Below, piece by piece: positions 61,282 to 64,000 of a stretch of DNA of 64,000 nucleotides. The stretch's first letter is position 1. Each line of letters opens with the position of its first letter. The notes under the pieces were generated by a model. That model was not told the DNA's origin, did no database searches, and worked only from the letters and a program-made list of their open reading frames with translations. The DNA comes from Alphaproteobacteria bacterium (GTDB lineage: Bacteria; Pseudomonadota; Alphaproteobacteria; MPNO01): the NCBI GenBank assembly GCA_964291675.2, contig OZ219866.1, positions 2,624,001 to 2,688,000 on the forward strand. The letters run 5' to 3'. The position numbers and the translations under genes were made by a program.

Positions 61282-63609
61282 CTACTCGGCCTCGCGCCGC
61301 AGCCGTTCCCTGATCTGCGCGCCGGTCTCCCGGGCGCCGTCGAGCGCCATCAGGAGCGGCGGCAGAAGCAGGAAATCCGCCAGCAATGCGACGATGACGG
61401 TTATGCCCACCAGCAGGCCGAGCGCCTGGTTGGTCGCCATCCCCGAGGTGCCGAACACCATGAAGCCGAGCGCGAACACGACGGTGGTCGCGAACAGCGC
61501 CCTGCCCACCGTGCGAAAGGCGGATTGCACCGATTCGGAAGGCAACAGCCCGCGCTTCCTCCCCTCGACGTATTTGGTCATGAAGTGGATCGTGTCGTCG
61601 ACGATGATGCCGAAGGCGATCGCCGTGACCACCGAGGCCGCGACACCGACCTCGCCCACCGCATACCCCCACAGGCCCATCGCCATGGCGGCGGGGACGA
61701 AATTGGGGATCAGGGTGATCAGGCCGAGACGCACGCTCCTGAACATGAACAGCAGCAGCAGCGAGACGATGGCCATGGCGGTGACGGTGCCGATCAGCAT
61801 GCCCTCGATGTTGCGCTGGATCGAACGCGCGCCGACCACGGCCACGCCGCTGGCCCGGGTCGCCATCTCGGGGGCGTTCTGCCGGAACCAGTCCTGCGCG
61901 CGCTCGTCGAGCGCGATCTTCTCGCTGGTCGACAGGCTCTTGAGCACCACCGTCAGCCGGGTCGACGACCGGTCCACGTCGATCAGGTTGTTGAGGTCGC
62001 GGCCGACCGGCAAAGAGAGCTCGTAGAGCAGCAGATACTGCGCGGCGAGATCGGAGCTCTCCGGAATCCTGTAGAACGCCGGATCGTCGCCATGCAGGTT
62101 CTTGTTCAGGCGCTTCAGGATGTCGGCGATGCCGAACACGTGGGCGATTTCCGGCTGCGAGCGGAACCACTCGGACAGCGCATCGACCTTGCCGAGATAC
62201 CCGACATCGGTGATGCCGCCCTCCCGCCCGGCGCCGAGCGAGTATTCGTAGGTCTCCACGCCGGTAAAATTCTTGCTGATGAAATCGGTGGACCGGCGGA
62301 ACTCGTAGCTCTCGTCGAGCAGCTCCAGCCAGTTCTCCTTGAGCTCGATCCGCGAGATGCCGGCGATCAGCACCACCACCAGCACGCTGAAGGAGATCAG
62401 CAGCGTCGTGTGGCGGGAGACCACGAACCGCCCCAGAAGGTCGAAGAAATCGGATCCGCCCGCGCGCGGCTTCCGGGCGCGCATCGGCAGGATCGACAGG
62501 AGCACCGGCAGCAGGGTCGCCGAATAGACGAAGGCGCAGAGCGCGCCGAACGCCACCATGTTGCCCATCACCTTGAACGGCGGCATCTCCGCAAAGTTCA
62601 GACTGAGGAAGCCGATCGCCGTGGTCAGCGAAGTCAGGAAGACGGGCCACAGATTGACGCGCAGCGAATGGACGACCGCCTGCCGGCGGTCCATGCCCTC
62701 GCGCAAGCCCGCGAACATGCCCTCGATCACGTGGACGGAATGCGCGACGGTGACCGCCATCAGGACGAACATCGCCGCCGCGCTCTCGCCGAACAGCTTC
62801 ATCCCGGTCCAGCCGACGAACCCCAGCGCCGACAGGATGACCGCGACCATCATCGCGACGATCGCCACGGTCCCCCAGATCGAGCGCAGCAGGATCACGG
62901 CGACGACCAGCATCGTCGCGAGGGCGATGGGGGCGAGCACCGCCATCTCGCCGTCGATGGCATCGCGCATCGCCCGGTTGAGCACGATCTCGCCGGTCAG
63001 GTGGTAGTCGACATTCGAGAACTTCTCGCGCGCCTCGACGGCGGTGTCGTAGAGGAAGTCGGTGACCTCGAGCTTTCCCTGCTCGCGGTTCTCGGGAAGC
63101 GCGACGCTGACCACCAGCCCGGCGACGCGGCCGTCGCGCGAGACGAAGCGCCCGGCGACCTCCCGGGTGGCGAGAGCGATGCGCTCGATTCGTTCGATGT
63201 CCTGGTCGCTGAGCGAGCCGGCCTCGTCGATGAGCGGTTCGACGACCAGCTCGTCCTCGCGGCCTTCGCTGTGGGTGTAGTTGGCGATCGAATCGACGCG
63301 GGTGACGTAGGGCGTCCGCCACAGCCGCTCGGTCAGGTCCTCGATGGCGACCAGGGTCTCCCGCGTGAAGATGGTGCCGCTCTTCGGCGCCACCGCGACC
63401 AGCGCGCCGTCGGAGAGCGCGTAGGTGTCCTCCAGCCGCTCCAGTGCGACGATATGCGGGTCGTCCTTGCCGAAGTGATTCCGCACGTCGACATCGACCG
63501 CGACGATCCGCCCGGCCCCCGCCGCGAGGCCGGCCATGAAGAGCAGGGAGAGCAGCATGGTCAGCCATCGCCGACCCATCACGAGCGCGACAAACGATTC
63601 CAGATTCAT
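61282..63609 (-). CDS. MMPL/RND family transporter
   Basis: Two repeats of TM plus periplasmic domain; LTSLTTAIGF, GIIVDDTIH. Confidence 0.92.
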   Translation of the reverse strand: MNLESFVALVMGRRWLTMLLSLLFMAGLAAGAGRIVAVDVDVRNHFGKDDPHIVALERLEDTYALSDGALVAVAPKSGTIFTRETLVAIEDLTERLWRTPYVTRVDSIANYTHSEGREDELVVEPLIDEAGSLSDQDIERIERIALATREVAGRFVSRDGRVAGLVVSVALPENREQGKLEVTDFLYDTAVEAREKFSNVDYHLTGEIVLNRAMRDAIDGEMAVLAPIALATMLVVAVILLRSIWGTVAIVAMMVAVILSALGFVGWTGMKLFGESAAAMFVLMAVTVAHSVHVIEGMFAGLREGMDRRQAVVHSLRVNLWPVFLTSLTTAIGFLSLNFAEMPPFKVMGNMVAFGALCAFVYSATLLPVLLSILPMRARKPRAGGSDFFDLLGRFVVSRHTTLLISFSVLVVVLIAGISRIELKENWLELLDESYEFRRSTDFISKNFTGVETYEYSLGAGREGGITDVGYLGKVDALSEWFRSQPEIAHVFGIADILKRLNKNLHGDDPAFYRIPESSDLAAQYLLLYELSLPVGRDLNNLIDVDRSSTRLTVVLKSLSTSEKIALDERAQDWFRQNAPEMATRASGVAVVGARSIQRNIEGMLIGTVTAMAIVSLLLLFMFRSVRLGLITLIPNFVPAAMAMGLWGYAVGEVGVAASVVTAIAFGIIVDDTIHFMTKYVEGRKRGLLPSESVQSAFRTVGRALFATTVVFALGFMVFGTSGMATNQALGLLVGITVIVALLADFLLLPPLLMALDGARETGAQIRERLRREAE

Positions 63610-63856
63610 GCGGAATTACCGGCCGGTGAGCAGGTCCCGAGCATAGCATCTCGCAGTCGCTCCGACACCGGCATTCCCCACTCCACCCGCGACACCGTGT
63701 CTCTCGCCGTCCGCTGGCCGACACCGACCGCCATCGGCTATGATGCCGGACGAGAGCCTCGCTCGCCTTGGCCCGCTGGGCACCGTCACGATGCGGAGGG
63801 CGGTTCGATGCCCCGACCACAGATGCCGTCGCGCGATCCGCGCTGACCGAATCCCC

Positions 63857-64000
63857 GTGGAACCGCCTCGACAGGGGCGCGGATCCCCGCGGGACGCGAC
63901 CGGGGATCGCCGCGCGGGCGACGGCAACGCCGTTCTCTACCCGTTTCCCGAGGGGTGGTATTTCGTCGCCGACCGCCGCGCGCTGGCGAAGCGGAATCCG
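63857..64000 (+). CDS. probable Rieske oxygenase N-terminus (partial)
   Basis: Open frame to the window end containing LYPFPEGWYFVA, typical of KshA/Neverland-like Rieske N-termini; the Rieske motif lies outside the window. Confidence 0.5.
   Translation, partial: MEPPRQGRGSPRDATGDRRAGDGNAVLYPFPEGWYFVADRRALAKRNP

Overview
High-GC bacterial window, probably Alphaproteobacteria (inferred from cob gene order and protein types). It is dominated by an aerobic cobalamin cluster in three pieces: cobB-cobA-cbiD, then cobM-E-L-K-J-I-H-G-N-W-DUF1636-cobU-O-Q-cbiB-cobD, then cobS-cobT. A block of about 20 kb between cbiD and cobM looks accessory. It starts with an integrase remnant interrupted by a 3.6 kb IS1-family cargo element (19-bp IRs, 8-bp TSD), which carries a small basic protein, a nested IS630 and an unknown three-gene cassette ending in a Cys/His papain-like protein. 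The block continues with cbtBA, a Co-type nitrile hydratase with a split beta subunit, an amidase, an AbiEii-like toxin/antitoxin pair under four operators spaced 24 bp apart, and amide/aromatic catabolic genes with a TRAP transporter. The right third holds a divergent LeuCD-like pair between REP-like repeats, an NYN nuclease and a sulfatase/Tct module with a MarR regulator. It ends in a putative lipid/sterol-modifying locus: GPP34-P450 fusion, FAD oxidoreductase, LolA-like protein, MMPL transporter and a partial Rieske oxygenase. No rRNA, tRNA or CRISPR array was seen. All calls come from motif recognition by eye; no searches were run.
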